Shown one piece after another: positions 9,296-18,860 of a stretch of DNA of 64,000 nt (position 1 is its first letter; every line of letters begins with the position of its first letter). The translations under genes were made by a program, and so were the position numbers. The stretch covers positions 153,974 to 217,973 of the IMG/VR virus record IMGVR_UViG_3300022745_000017. One strand, written 5' to 3'. The notes under the pieces were generated by a model. The model was not told the origin of the DNA and did no database searches. It saw only the letters and a program-made list of their open reading frames with translations.

Positions 9296-9810
9296 AACGC
9301 TTCTTCGTACTGGTAAAAAACCCAGATGGTAAAAATGACAAACGCCTGGCTAGCCTGGGTACAGCTAGTAAGGCCTTCATTCGCTCATTGACTGAAAAGG
9401 TCAAAGAAGAGCAGTCGCGCTTAGGCAAACAACTCACGGCTTTTGACTGGAACACGCACTTTGACTACTTCAAGAGTGTGCTGACCTCACCGGAAGCTTG
9501 GGGCGATGCCTACACACCGGCCAAGATGGTATCAGCCACGCTGTGCACACCCGCTTACCGGGCTGAGATCGTTGCGCACGAGTATCGCAAGGACATGCAC
9601 TTTGTCGCTCTGATCGACCGGACTACCGGCAATCCGATGCACTATGTGCCCTTGTCATGCAACTTCTTGCGCGGTTTGGTCAAGCGCTATCCCAGTACCG
9701 ATGATTGGGACGGTGACCCAGCGTACAACGAACGCCGTGGCAACGAGTTGATAGTAGAGCTCACCAAACTGGGCCTGCTGGTCTCCGAAGACTTTGTCGG
9801 AACTAACTGA
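9292..9810 (+). CDS. Hypothetical protein
   Basis: 172-aa ORF with AAGGAAA SD. Confidence 0.75.
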   Translation: MKRFFVLVKNPDGKNDKRLASLGTASKAFIRSLTEKVKEEQSRLGKQLTAFDWNTHFDYFKSVLTSPEAWGDAYTPAKMVSATLCTPAYRAEIVAHEYRKDMHFVALIDRTTGNPMHYVPLSCNFLRGLVKRYPSTDDWDGDPAYNERRGNELIVELTKLGLLVSEDFVGTN

Positions 9811-9862
9811 TTGCAAACCCCCAAGGGTCATAAACCACATGACCCTTTTCTAGGAGCCCCAC

Positions 9863-10219
9863 ATGTCAGACAAAAAGATCCTCAACATCTTCCGAGAAGA
9901 CTTGCCGGTGTATCAAACGACACCCAAGCGCAGCTCGGACTTACAAAAACTCTACGACATCACCCTGCCTAAAGGCATGTACTTGCGCAGAGGCCGACCC
10001 AACAGCAATGTGTCTTGCAACATTCACTTGGTTGTCAAACTCCCTACTCATGCAATACTGCCCAAAGGTTTAGCCCAAGAAGCGGTGTTTAACGTGGGCA
10101 CGACCAAGAGCTGCACCAAAGAAACCATCTCATCCAAAATCAGCGCCGCTCAACTAGCCATCGACGCTAGAGCTGCACACATCGCACGACTCATCAATTT
10201 CACAGGTACAGACAAATGA
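9863..10219 (+). CDS. Hypothetical basic protein, possibly nucleic-acid binding
   Basis: 118-aa ORF with AGGAG SD; basic segment LPKGMYLRRGRP. Confidence 0.65.
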   Translation: MSDKKILNIFREDLPVYQTTPKRSSDLQKLYDITLPKGMYLRRGRPNSNVSCNIHLVVKLPTHAILPKGLAQEAVFNVGTTKSCTKETISSKISAAQLAIDARAAHIARLINFTGTDK

Positions 10220-10797
10220 TCAAAGTAGACGTTTACTCAATGACGTATGATTTCAACACTCCACTCGATGAGATCGAGTGCTCGCCTTACGACATCGTTC
10301 GCAAGCATGTCCTCGATGCTTGTAAAGAGTTCACGAAGACTCTCGCAGGACTACCTGGCTTCGTGACAGCCCACCTTTATACAAAGGGTATTTCAGCCAA
10401 GCGGCAATTCGGTGTTCTGGACGCTATGAAGCTGGCCGCTTTTTTCAAAGCTCCGTACAATAGCACAGAGCGATGGATTGATTTGTTTGCTGAGCAGTTG
10501 AAGTTAGACGCAGCTGTAGGTAGTGACACCATGTTAGGACTCCTCTGGGATATCCGCCCGGCTCCTAACAACCCACGACCCTTTTACAACATACCTAAAA
10601 TCGAGTACAACCATGGCACGTACCTTTTCTATCCGCCTTATGCATACACATTCGAAACAGGCGACCGGATTGGTGATTGGTTCATAACCGATGATCATGG
10701 AAACTCTGTCGATTGCCTACACGTCTGTGATTATTGGGACCGAGTACGTCTTGGCCTAGAAGAAAATAACGAAGATGCCTTCTATGACAACGAATGA
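10216..10797 (+). CDS. Hypothetical protein
   Basis: 193-aa ORF coupled by an ATGA overlap. Confidence 0.75.
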   Translation: MIKVDVYSMTYDFNTPLDEIECSPYDIVRKHVLDACKEFTKTLAGLPGFVTAHLYTKGISAKRQFGVLDAMKLAAFFKAPYNSTERWIDLFAEQLKLDAAVGSDTMLGLLWDIRPAPNNPRPFYNIPKIEYNHGTYLFYPPYAYTFETGDRIGDWFITDDHGNSVDCLHVCDYWDRVRLGLEENNEDAFYDNE

Positions 10798-11236
10798 ATT
10801 GAGTAGGATCTGGTTACCACCGATATTGGCACAGGTTTTGTGTGCTATTGTACACAGTGTCTTTGATGCAACTTCACCACTTTGGAGTGATACCGTGAAA
10901 AGTCGAGTTAAGTCAACCAGCCTTACATTACTGGCTATCGCCTGTTTTGTAGCCTTGATGCTGGCCGTATTTGCCGCATCGATTTCGACGGATGGACAAG
11001 ACGCACGAATGCGTCGAGCTAATCACAACCTGATTGGCGCGATCCGCTACAGTGATCTTATCCCTAAGGAAGCGACGAACGCACAATGCTTCGCTCAGTT
11101 TGACCACGACGGTTACGCACTTTGCTCTTATCAGGTGCCACCCAGCAAGCAGGTCAACTACCTTCAGTGTCCAGCTAGCTACGATCTCGTGGTGTTATAC
11201 ACTGTGACCAAGTGTCGCCGAGCCCACATCCCATAA
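10775..11236 (+). CDS. Membrane-anchored protein with a Cys-containing exported domain
   Basis: Hydrophobic LTLLAIACFVALMLAVFAASI followed by a domain with 4 Cys (AQCFAQFDHDGYALCSY...); true start uncertain. Confidence 0.65.
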   Translation: MPSMTTNELSRIWLPPILAQVLCAIVHSVFDATSPLWSDTVKSRVKSTSLTLLAIACFVALMLAVFAASISTDGQDARMRRANHNLIGAIRYSDLIPKEATNAQCFAQFDHDGYALCSYQVPPSKQVNYLQCPASYDLVVLYTVTKCRRAHIP

Positions 11237-11255
11237 AAACACAAGCACATATAAC
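11234..11255 (+). promoter_or_regulatory. Putative phage early promoter motif
   Basis: TAAAAA-N6-CACATATAAC(AATTGTG). Confidence 0.55.
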
Positions 11256-11302
11256 AATTGTGATCCAGGGCATTCGTCCTGGACTTATCTAGGAGAGCCA
11301 AA

Positions 11303-11461
11303 ATGGCTAAGTCCCCACCTGTCATCGTCCCACCTAAGGCCAAGCCTGTGGTGGCCTTTTTGCTGGCTGTCATTGCAGTGATGTCCCAGTCAGGATGTGT
11401 CACACATGTCTACCGGGGTGAACCGACCACGGCCGTAACGCCTAGTGGCAAGACAGCCTGA
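11303..11461 (+). CDS. Small putative lipoprotein (52 aa; not in the ORF track)
   Basis: AGGAG SD; MAKSPPVIVPPKAKPVVAFLLAVIAVMSQSG-CVTHVYRGEPTTAVTPSGKTA has a basic n-region, a hydrophobic h-region and an SGC lipobox-like site. Confidence 0.6.
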   Translation: MAKSPPVIVPPKAKPVVAFLLAVIAVMSQSGCVTHVYRGEPTTAVTPSGKTA

Positions 11462-11528
11462 CCAATGCCTCCTGAGACCGAGTAAAGTCTCAGGAGGCAT
11501 TCCCACTAATCATTTTTTCATCACTCCC

Positions 11529-11798
11529 ATGACCCAAGTTCAAACTTATCTGGAATGCTTATACACGCTATCTGCCATTCCTTGGCTGTCCGCACTTTTC
11601 TTTCTCACCTCTCTCGGAGCTTTCAATCGCTTGATTGACGCACTGACCTATCGCAACTTCGTCAGCTTCCCGGCTAAGACAGCGCCCCTACTGAGCGCAG
11701 TCGCAACAGGCGCATATAGCTTCGTCATTAGCTTACCACACATGCCGCAAGACGTACAGCGCGTAGCGATCTACGTGACACAATCCATCCTCACTTAG
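11529..11798 (+). CDS. Small membrane protein
   Basis: 89 aa from ATG 11529 with two hydrophobic segments. Confidence 0.55.
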   Translation: MTQVQTYLECLYTLSAIPWLSALFFLTSLGAFNRLIDALTYRNFVSFPAKTAPLLSAVATGAYSFVISLPHMPQDVQRVAIYVTQSILT

Positions 11799-11854
11799 CA
11801 AGTTTTTAACAAGCCTGCGCATTTTCTGCTAACCCCTTCAATAAAGGAAATATC

Positions 11855-13543
11855 ATGACCTCCAAAATCACTGAGCTGAACTTTTACCGCAATGACATCA
11901 CATTGACGGCTTCGATGAGCGACACCATGGCACTCTATGCGATCATGCATCATCGCCCGGACCTCAAAGAAAGTCTGCACGCCAAGATTGAAGCAGCCAT
12001 ACGTGAAGTCTTGCGTGAGCAAGACAACTCATGGGGCGTCCCGATGACCACGTACTTTCCCCCGAACATGGTGGCTGTGCTTCAGAAGCGATCATTGGCG
12101 AAAGGAACGCCGATCAACAATGAGCTCATCGACAGCTTGCGCCTGGGTATGAGCCTCTGTGAAGATATGATCCCTCATCAAAGCGCCGACAGTGAAGACC
12201 CGGTTTGCAACCTGATCTCCTTGCGAGAAATCCCAGCAACGCAACCCATGAGCACTCCCACGGCTGCACAACCTGTCGCCACACCAGCACCTCAGCCTGA
12301 AGTCAAAGCCACTGCCAAGCCACCTGAGCCAATGATCCTAGGTGATTTGGACTACGCCGAAGAAGTAGCCAAGAACGTGGGTAAGCAAGAACTCCGCGAT
12401 GTCAAAGAAGCCATCGATGAAGCCGGTGCCAAGCTGCGCTACATTCCGACAGAAGGCGGCGGCAGTTTGGTGTGGCGCAAGCCGGGTGAAGATATGTCCG
12501 AGGGCTACCCCGTCCAGATCGCCATGACGGCTTTCGACGATGACCTGCGACTCTACATCTCACGCAGCACCACGATGTTCGTGTCTGATGACATCACATC
12601 ACGCGCCGGCACGTCGGAAAGCGGTTTCAGCGATGGTTACACGGCGGCCTGCATCACCAACGTCGCTATGGAGGTAGTGATGGAGAAGATGCGGTCGTCC
12701 ATGGGGATCGACCGCATCACTGCTTTCTCCAATGGTCTGACGGCCCGAATGTCTGACAGCCGTACTTACGGAATCGTCATGCATCATGACGTGGCCTACA
12801 TCCCCGTCATCTTCAATGCCAATGAAGGTGACTTTGTGAAGACTCATGCAAATCACTGGCTCCCTCCGTCAGTAGTTATTGAGCTGTGCATGCAGTTCCC
12901 AACAATGCTGCCCCGAATTCTCGTGCAGGTCATGGACTCACACACCGGAGGCTTCAATGAGCAAACCATGTACAAGCAAAATCATGCACTGATGCGCTCG
13001 TCTTTACCCACTCAATCGGTGGTCGATGAGGTCGAACCCGAGGTCGAAGAGCATGAGCTTGTGGTGGTGAGCTCCGAGGGAAAACGCACCTTGTCATGGG
13101 TCATCAGTGGCACTGTCAATGGTACACCGGGTGTGACGGTGCGCCGTGTAAAGGTCAACCCTGTCTTGAGCAAAGATGTGGACGGCATAGACTACAGTTG
13201 CAGTACTGATGACTGGAAGGATTGGAAGATCACCACGAAAGATCCCAAAGTCATCGATGGCACGATCGACCCTCTACGCATCATGACGGAAAAGGTGGCG
13301 ATTCACTACGCCACGTACCTCGGCTTGATCAACCCCTCGAAACACGTCGAGAAGATCTACGAAGAGCTGAAGGCCATGAATGCCATAATCTCAAGCGGTG
13401 ATTCGTTGATTTACGTGGTGAGCCTCATCATCCGAAACCCGGAAACCCAGCTCGATTGGCAAGAGGGCAGCGATCTGGCAAAGGGTCGCAAGTGGGTCAA
13501 GCGCCCCACCCTGTCTTGGAGCGACCAAAGTACCGCTGACTGA
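11855..13543 (+). CDS. Hypothetical multi-domain protein with a Pro/Ala/Thr linker
   Basis: 562 aa, AAGGAAA SD; linker PATQPMSTPTAAQPVATPAPQPEVKATAKPPEP. Confidence 0.85.
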   Translation: MTSKITELNFYRNDITLTASMSDTMALYAIMHHRPDLKESLHAKIEAAIREVLREQDNSWGVPMTTYFPPNMVAVLQKRSLAKGTPINNELIDSLRLGMSLCEDMIPHQSADSEDPVCNLISLREIPATQPMSTPTAAQPVATPAPQPEVKATAKPPEPMILGDLDYAEEVAKNVGKQELRDVKEAIDEAGAKLRYIPTEGGGSLVWRKPGEDMSEGYPVQIAMTAFDDDLRLYISRSTTMFVSDDITSRAGTSESGFSDGYTAACITNVAMEVVMEKMRSSMGIDRITAFSNGLTARMSDSRTYGIVMHHDVAYIPVIFNANEGDFVKTHANHWLPPSVVIELCMQFPTMLPRILVQVMDSHTGGFNEQTMYKQNHALMRSSLPTQSVVDEVEPEVEEHELVVVSSEGKRTLSWVISGTVNGTPGVTVRRVKVNPVLSKDVDGIDYSCSTDDWKDWKITTKDPKVIDGTIDPLRIMTEKVAIHYATYLGLINPSKHVEKIYEELKAMNAIISSGDSLIYVVSLIIRNPETQLDWQEGSDLAKGRKWVKRPTLSWSDQSTAD

Positions 13544-13559
13544 TGGCGTGAAGTTTGTG

Positions 13560-13595
13560 TAAGCAGACTGTGGGCCTAGGCCCACAGTCTGCTTA
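13560..13595 (+). terminator. Perfect 36-bp palindrome terminator
   Basis: TAAGCAGACTGTGGGCCT|AGGCCCACAGTCTGCTTA followed by CCTTTCTTTTTG. Confidence 0.8.
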
Positions 13596-13623
13596 CCTTT
13601 CTTTTTGTCTATTTAGATACGGA

Positions 13624-13633
13624 CACATATCAT
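13624..13633 (+). promoter_or_regulatory. Putative early promoter core
   Basis: CACATATCAT between the terminator and the NADAR gene. Confidence 0.45.
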
Positions 13634-13671
13634 CCCTATGGAACGCAGTTGTGTCTAAAGGAGATAAGCAA

Positions 13672-14109
13672 ATGATGGAGATATGGTTTTGTAAAACAAA
13701 AGACCCGCACGGCTATATGCAGAACTTCTACCGCAGGCCCATGGTAGACCAGGTGACTGGCTTGCTAATGTGTGCCAGTGAAGCCGTTTATCAGTCCAGA
13801 AAGTTTAACACCTTCAGTATCAAACAAGCAATCGCGCAGGCTGACAATCCTTTCATGGCTAAGCAGATCGCTTATCGCTACCCTATTGAAGTCCCAAATT
13901 GGGATAACGATAGATGCTTGGTTGAGATGTTCAGCGTCGTGTACGATAAGTACAAACAACACCCAGACTTAGCGGAGCTACTCAAACAAACCTACCCAGC
14001 CAGGATATTTGAGCTCAGCTACAAAGACCTCTATTGGGGAACTCCCCCTAATAAGTACGGTAAAAATCACTTAGGTCTCATCACCGAGACTGTTCGAGAA
14101 ATGCTTTAA
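13672..14109 (+). CDS. NADAR (YbiA-like) family protein
   Basis: ATG 13672 with AAGGAG SD; YMQNFY...ASEAVYQSRKF...KYKQHPDLAELLKQT...IFELSYKDLYWG...GKNHLG matches the NADAR signature. Confidence 0.9.
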   Translation: MMEIWFCKTKDPHGYMQNFYRRPMVDQVTGLLMCASEAVYQSRKFNTFSIKQAIAQADNPFMAKQIAYRYPIEVPNWDNDRCLVEMFSVVYDKYKQHPDLAELLKQTYPARIFELSYKDLYWGTPPNKYGKNHLGLITETVREML

Positions 14110-14120
14110 AGGAACTCCCC

Positions 14121-16256
14121 ATGGATAAGAACACTTACAGCAAGCTACTCCAAACAATCATTGCGCATAACTACGCTTATTACGTGCTCAATAAGCCTGT
14201 GATCAGCGACGATGCTTATAATGGCCTCTACAGTACTTTGCTGGCGATCGAGAAAGAGCACCCTGAGTACATCTTGCCCAACTCGCCTACGCAGTCCCCT
14301 GGGTCAGACTTGCATCAGATTCGCCAAGGTAAGTTCAACATCGTCAAGCACCTCACACCGATGTTGAGTCTGCGCACCGAAGTAGATACCTCCATCACCC
14401 CCATCCGTGACTTCTTTGACAGGATAGCAAAACAAAACATCTCTTACCCCCATGTCTTTAGTGAGTACAAGTATGACGGCGTCGCCCTCAGCTTGGTTTA
14501 CCATAGTGAAGACGGGTGTGAAGCAGTGTTGTCTAACAGCCTGACACGCGGCGACGGCCTCTACGGTGAAGACGTGATGGTCAATGCTGAGCGGATTATT
14601 GGGGTTGACAAGTTCATCAGCTTAGCTGAAGGCGTCACTGATGCTAAGCTACCTACACTCATGAGCATTCGCGGTGAGGTCGTCATGCTCAAGAAGTATT
14701 TTGAGCGAGTCAATGCGGAGCTAGCACTCCGTGGTGAGAAGCCTTACGCGAATTGTCGCAATGCAGCGGCCGGCATTTTACGCACATTCGACTGCCCGAC
14801 GGAATCGCTCGACATGTTGGTGTTCATCCCGTATGAAGTCTTGCTCCACAGCTCAACAGATCTAGAGACTCGTTTCGAGGACATTCATAGCTTTTATGAG
14901 TTAATCGCCCCAAAAAGCAAGACCCTGTCCTTGGCATTCGATCCTGTGGGCTTCCATGCCAGTGTCGAAGAGTGTCACACGGTTTATCAGATAATTAACG
15001 GTCAGCGTCAGCGACCATTACTGGATTTCGATATCGACGGCGTTGTCTTCAAACTCAGCTACCAACAGCGTCACCTGATGCCCCAAGCCAGTGGGCGTGA
15101 GCCGACATGGGCTTTTGCGCACAAGTTCGAACCCCAACAAGCCGTGACGACTTTGCTCAGCATTGACTTACAAGTAGGTCGCACAGGTCGTATCACACCC
15201 GTGGCTCGCATTGACCCCGTGAGTGTAGGTGGGGCCATCGTTGGCAGCGCAACGCTGCACAATGCTTCTGAGATCTCTCGACTACAGATCGGTGTTGGTG
15301 ATACGGTCATCGTTCACCGTGGTGGTGATGTGATTCCAGCCATCATCGGTGTGGCTGTCAAAGCAGTCAATCCAGTTACCTTCGAGATGCCTACAGCATG
15401 CCCAGAGTGTTCATCGACTGTGGTGGTCGACGGCGAGTCTCACTATTGCACGAACAAGAGCTGCCCGTCTCGGGTGCAAATGCGCTTTGAGCACTTCGTT
15501 AGTCGTAAAGCCATGAACATCGATGAAATTGGTGAGCACATCATCGACTCACTGCTGCAAACTGGTTTAGTGACAACGGTGGCTGATCTCTACAGCATCG
15601 GGCAAGATAGTAGTGAGTGCTTGACCATCGCACAGACCCAGCTTACCGCAATCACCACGCTTGTCACCAAAGGCATCTGCGGTAGCAAGACTGCTGTCAA
15701 GATTGTTCAGGCCTTGGAGAAATCCAAAAAAACGACCTTGCCAAAGTTCTTGTACGCGCTGGGCATTCGTTATGTCGGTGAAGGCACAGCCAAACGGCTA
15801 GCTAACCACTACGGCAATCTCGATGACATCATGAACGCCTCTCAAGCTGAGTTGGAGAAGATACCTGACATCGGCCAGACCACAGCTTCGAGTATCTTCC
15901 ACTTCTTCGAACAGCAAGAAAACATCAACCTTGTCAATGACTTGAGAGACGTTGGTGTGACCTGGTGGGAGCGATCTGGTAATTACTTAGCTAAACCATT
16001 GGCAGGTATGCGCTTTGTAATGACTGGCAGCTTTCCTAAGCCCAGGGAGTTAATGAAAGAGGTATTGGAAGAAAACGGAGCGCAGGTCAGCTCCTCGGTT
16101 GGCGCTAAGACTGATGCAGTGTTCGTTGGTGAAAAACCAACGACTGCTAAGGTAGATAAAGCTAAACATTTAAAACTTATGCTCTTGGGTTGGGATGATT
16201 TCCTAGCCATCGAAAAAGATCCTCAGAACTGGGCAATCACCCGCGAGAAAATATAG
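14121..16256 (+). CDS. ligA: NAD+-dependent DNA ligase
   Basis: HNYAYY...ISDDAYN N-domain, PMLSL, KYDG adenylation motif, TRGDG, DGVVFK, VGRTGRITPV OB-fold, CPEC...C...C zinc finger, HhH repeats, BRCT (FVMTGSF). Confidence 0.97.
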   Translation: MDKNTYSKLLQTIIAHNYAYYVLNKPVISDDAYNGLYSTLLAIEKEHPEYILPNSPTQSPGSDLHQIRQGKFNIVKHLTPMLSLRTEVDTSITPIRDFFDRIAKQNISYPHVFSEYKYDGVALSLVYHSEDGCEAVLSNSLTRGDGLYGEDVMVNAERIIGVDKFISLAEGVTDAKLPTLMSIRGEVVMLKKYFERVNAELALRGEKPYANCRNAAAGILRTFDCPTESLDMLVFIPYEVLLHSSTDLETRFEDIHSFYELIAPKSKTLSLAFDPVGFHASVEECHTVYQIINGQRQRPLLDFDIDGVVFKLSYQQRHLMPQASGREPTWAFAHKFEPQQAVTTLLSIDLQVGRTGRITPVARIDPVSVGGAIVGSATLHNASEISRLQIGVGDTVIVHRGGDVIPAIIGVAVKAVNPVTFEMPTACPECSSTVVVDGESHYCTNKSCPSRVQMRFEHFVSRKAMNIDEIGEHIIDSLLQTGLVTTVADLYSIGQDSSECLTIAQTQLTAITTLVTKGICGSKTAVKIVQALEKSKKTTLPKFLYALGIRYVGEGTAKRLANHYGNLDDIMNASQAELEKIPDIGQTTASSIFHFFEQQENINLVNDLRDVGVTWWERSGNYLAKPLAGMRFVMTGSFPKPRELMKEVLEENGAQVSSSVGAKTDAVFVGEKPTTAKVDKAKHLKLMLLGWDDFLAIEKDPQNWAITREKI

Positions 16257-16267
16257 GAAATGAAATC

Positions 16268-16738
16268 ATGTCTATCGATCTACTCGATTACTACGATAAG
16301 ATGCGAAAGCCCGAAAACATTACTTGCACCGCTGTTTATGACGGTGAGAGGGTGTTGGAAGTCTTTCCTGTCTTTCGTAATCGCAAAAACCTGATCAATC
16401 TGTTCGAAAGCTATGGGGTTCGCCCCGTAGATAGTCCAATGGTGTTTAAGGCTTATGTAGCTGCAACGAAAGAAGCTAGGACTGCTCAACAACTGCCGAC
16501 TGATGCGTGTATGTACATGCAGGCCCACATCAGCATCGTTAAGGTGCTTGGCAGGGGTAATGGCAGTCTTTACGCCAAGGCCGCTGTACAGCCCGATCAG
16601 GCATGCTGCTTAAACCTGTGGCAATCTGGCTGCTGGCAACAGCTCGCCAGAGATTTTACGATGGGCAACCACGACTGCCTGAAAGTCATTGTCAAGCATA
16701 TGCGCATGACTTATCTGAGGGATACCGCAAATGGATGA
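16268..16738 (+). CDS. Hypothetical protein
   Basis: 156-aa ORF in the operon, overlapping the next start. Confidence 0.7.
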   Translation: MSIDLLDYYDKMRKPENITCTAVYDGERVLEVFPVFRNRKNLINLFESYGVRPVDSPMVFKAYVAATKEARTAQQLPTDACMYMQAHISIVKVLGRGNGSLYAKAAVQPDQACCLNLWQSGCWQQLARDFTMGNHDCLKVIVKHMRMTYLRDTANG

Positions 16739-17693
16739 AAACCTTAACCAAGTTTTACAGTGGGCCATGGTCTACATCAATGGCAAAATACCCTACGCCA
16801 TTCCTGGGTGTGAGCTATCCGACGACCTCGATCAAGCAAAAGTCGAGTTCGTTTTGATGCCAGCCTCGTCGTCCCAAGCACAACCACTGCTGTGCTACTA
16901 CGACAAAGCTCAGCAAAAAGGCGTCGTCGAGTTTTTAGGTAAGACTTATTACTTGACTACAGATAAACTGCTCCAACAGTATGACACCCGGTCGCACGAC
17001 GCACTGGACAAATACGTCAGCTACTGGAAGGAGTGCCATAAGGAGCACATCCCTAGCAAGTCACACCACTTGCCAAAGAAGGTATCCCGCATTGTTCGCT
17101 CAATGATGCGAGATCATCAAATCGACATCCCTGAAATATATGCGGTAGATGACTTCCACATGACTTGCTTCACGACAGGTGAGCAGCGTGGCTACATCAG
17201 TATCTGCAAACTCGAAAACACGCTGGTGGTTAGAAAGCTGATTTCCAATCCAACTAAAGTCGAAGTTAAGCAGTTTGATCTGACAGGCATTGGCGATGAT
17301 CAGAAAAAGATCTCTGATTTAGCTACTACTGTGTTTGAAAGTCTGTGCTTCGAGGTGTTACAAGACATCCGCAAGCGCAAGCTGGTAGATGAGTTTAACA
17401 ATTCTCCAGAGCAAGCTGTCTCCAGATTAAAGGGCTTTCAAGCAAAACGTGTCGGTGTAGACTTGCATCCCGCCTACTATGACCAACCAACAACCGATGA
17501 AGACGACAGCAATGGTTACATCGGATTCTGGGAGTTGGAGAACGGTAAAGTCTACAAAGGTTTTTTGTACGGAGACATCGAAACCATCATCGAGTCCAAC
17601 GCCTCTAAGATCGATGTCACCTACATCGTCGTTAAAGAACAATCCACATTCCAGGTAGATAGACTCTACTCATCTAACACCCTCATCCATTAA
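16731..17693 (+). CDS. Hypothetical protein
   Basis: 320-aa ORF in the operon. Confidence 0.8.
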   Translation: MDENLNQVLQWAMVYINGKIPYAIPGCELSDDLDQAKVEFVLMPASSSQAQPLLCYYDKAQQKGVVEFLGKTYYLTTDKLLQQYDTRSHDALDKYVSYWKECHKEHIPSKSHHLPKKVSRIVRSMMRDHQIDIPEIYAVDDFHMTCFTTGEQRGYISICKLENTLVVRKLISNPTKVEVKQFDLTGIGDDQKKISDLATTVFESLCFEVLQDIRKRKLVDEFNNSPEQAVSRLKGFQAKRVGVDLHPAYYDQPTTDEDDSNGYIGFWELENGKVYKGFLYGDIETIIESNASKIDVTYIVVKEQSTFQVDRLYSSNTLIH

Positions 17694-17702
17694 GGAGCCA
17701 CC

Positions 17703-18527
17703 ATGACCATCCTCAGCGACCTCGAAATCGACGCCTTGTGCCAAGACAAAGAAGTTACCTTTTACACCATCACTCCCAGTGGGACTGGGTTGGGGCGACA
17801 AACTCATATCAACGAGATGAGCGCCTTCTCAGCACTCTTGTCCTTTGGTTTGGATAAAACACCCTACCAAGTAGCAGCAGTGCTGCGAGCAGCTACCAAG
17901 CACGCCGAGCAGACCCCTGGTGGTACATCCCTATACCTCTTCGACAGCTTACTCAACGAAGAGACGATCGAGCTGGAAGTGTGCCACCAACCCAACCGGC
18001 CCATGATCACACCGTTTCATAGCAAGCAGATCACCCGAGACGCTCATGACCAAAAGATCATCAGCCTGGGCCTGTCGAGCTATGGTTACGACTTGACATG
18101 TGGTGATCGCTTCAAGGTCTTCACCGAAGCATACGGTGGTCGTCTGGACGCCAAAGTCCCTAACGACAAAGCCTACGTTGAGTTTCAAGCAGGGTGCTGC
18201 GTCATCCCACCTCACGGCTTGGTGCTAGCCAATTCGGTGGAAGTGTTTGACATGCCTGCCGATGTCTTGGGTATCTGCCTGGGCAAGTCCACATATGCTC
18301 GTCTGGGTGTCGTTTGCAATACGACACCTGCTGAGCCCGGTTGGCGCGGACACCTCACCCTGGAATTCTCCAACACCTCACCCCTACCCGTCGTCTTGCA
18401 TGCTGGTGAAGGGTGCGCCCAGATGATCTTCCTTCGTGGCAGTGCTAACGCATCTGTCACTTATGGGGATCGCGCCGGAAAGTACCAAGGCCAGGGCAAT
18501 GAGCCCGTGACAGCTCGCATGAAGTAA
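17703..18527 (+). CDS. dcd: dCTP deaminase with an ~85-aa N-terminal insertion
   Basis: ILSD...PMITPF...ISLGLSSYGYD, GKSTYARLG, TPAEPGWRGHLTLEFSN, EGCAQMIF, YGDRAGKYQGQ; AAGGAG SD. Confidence 0.93.
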   Translation: MTILSDLEIDALCQDKEVTFYTITPSGTGLGRQTHINEMSAFSALLSFGLDKTPYQVAAVLRAATKHAEQTPGGTSLYLFDSLLNEETIELEVCHQPNRPMITPFHSKQITRDAHDQKIISLGLSSYGYDLTCGDRFKVFTEAYGGRLDAKVPNDKAYVEFQAGCCVIPPHGLVLANSVEVFDMPADVLGICLGKSTYARLGVVCNTTPAEPGWRGHLTLEFSNTSPLPVVLHAGEGCAQMIFLRGSANASVTYGDRAGKYQGQGNEPVTARMK

Positions 18528-18551
18528 GCCCACTCTTATAGGGCTATCGAA

Positions 18552-18573
18552 TAAAAAGATAGCTCTATATCAC
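18552..18573 (+). promoter_or_regulatory. Putative early promoter motif
   Basis: TAAAAA-N7-CTATATCAC(CC); matches 55652-55672. Confidence 0.5.
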
Positions 18574-18593
18574 CCCCGAAGAAAGGACATCTC

Positions 18594-18851
18594 ATGGCTA
18601 TTGACCTTGATCGATCTCAAGAGATACTTGAGTTATCTCAAGGTTTTGTAAGACGCTCCCAAGAGTGCTCACATCACTTGAAATTCATACGTGGGTTGAA
18701 ACAAACCAGTAGAGAAGAAATTGATGCATACAGGAGGAAGCGGTCTAAGTTCGACCGCATAGTAGCGGAGCTACGCCTTATGCATGGTGGGCATAAACCT
18801 GTCGACGAAAGCCGTGTTAACGAACTGCGTCAACTCTACCGGGACTCATGA
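18594..18851 (+). CDS. Hypothetical protein
   Basis: 85-aa ORF with AAAGGA SD. Confidence 0.7.
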   Translation: MAIDLDRSQEILELSQGFVRRSQECSHHLKFIRGLKQTSREEIDAYRRKRSKFDRIVAELRLMHGGHKPVDESRVNELRQLYRDS

Positions 18852-18860
18852 AAGGCAAAC

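Noticed and set aside
17745-17999. dcd insertion as an intein or intron
   Set aside because: Too short, in frame, with no splice-junction residues or homing-endonuclease motif; kept as a domain insertion
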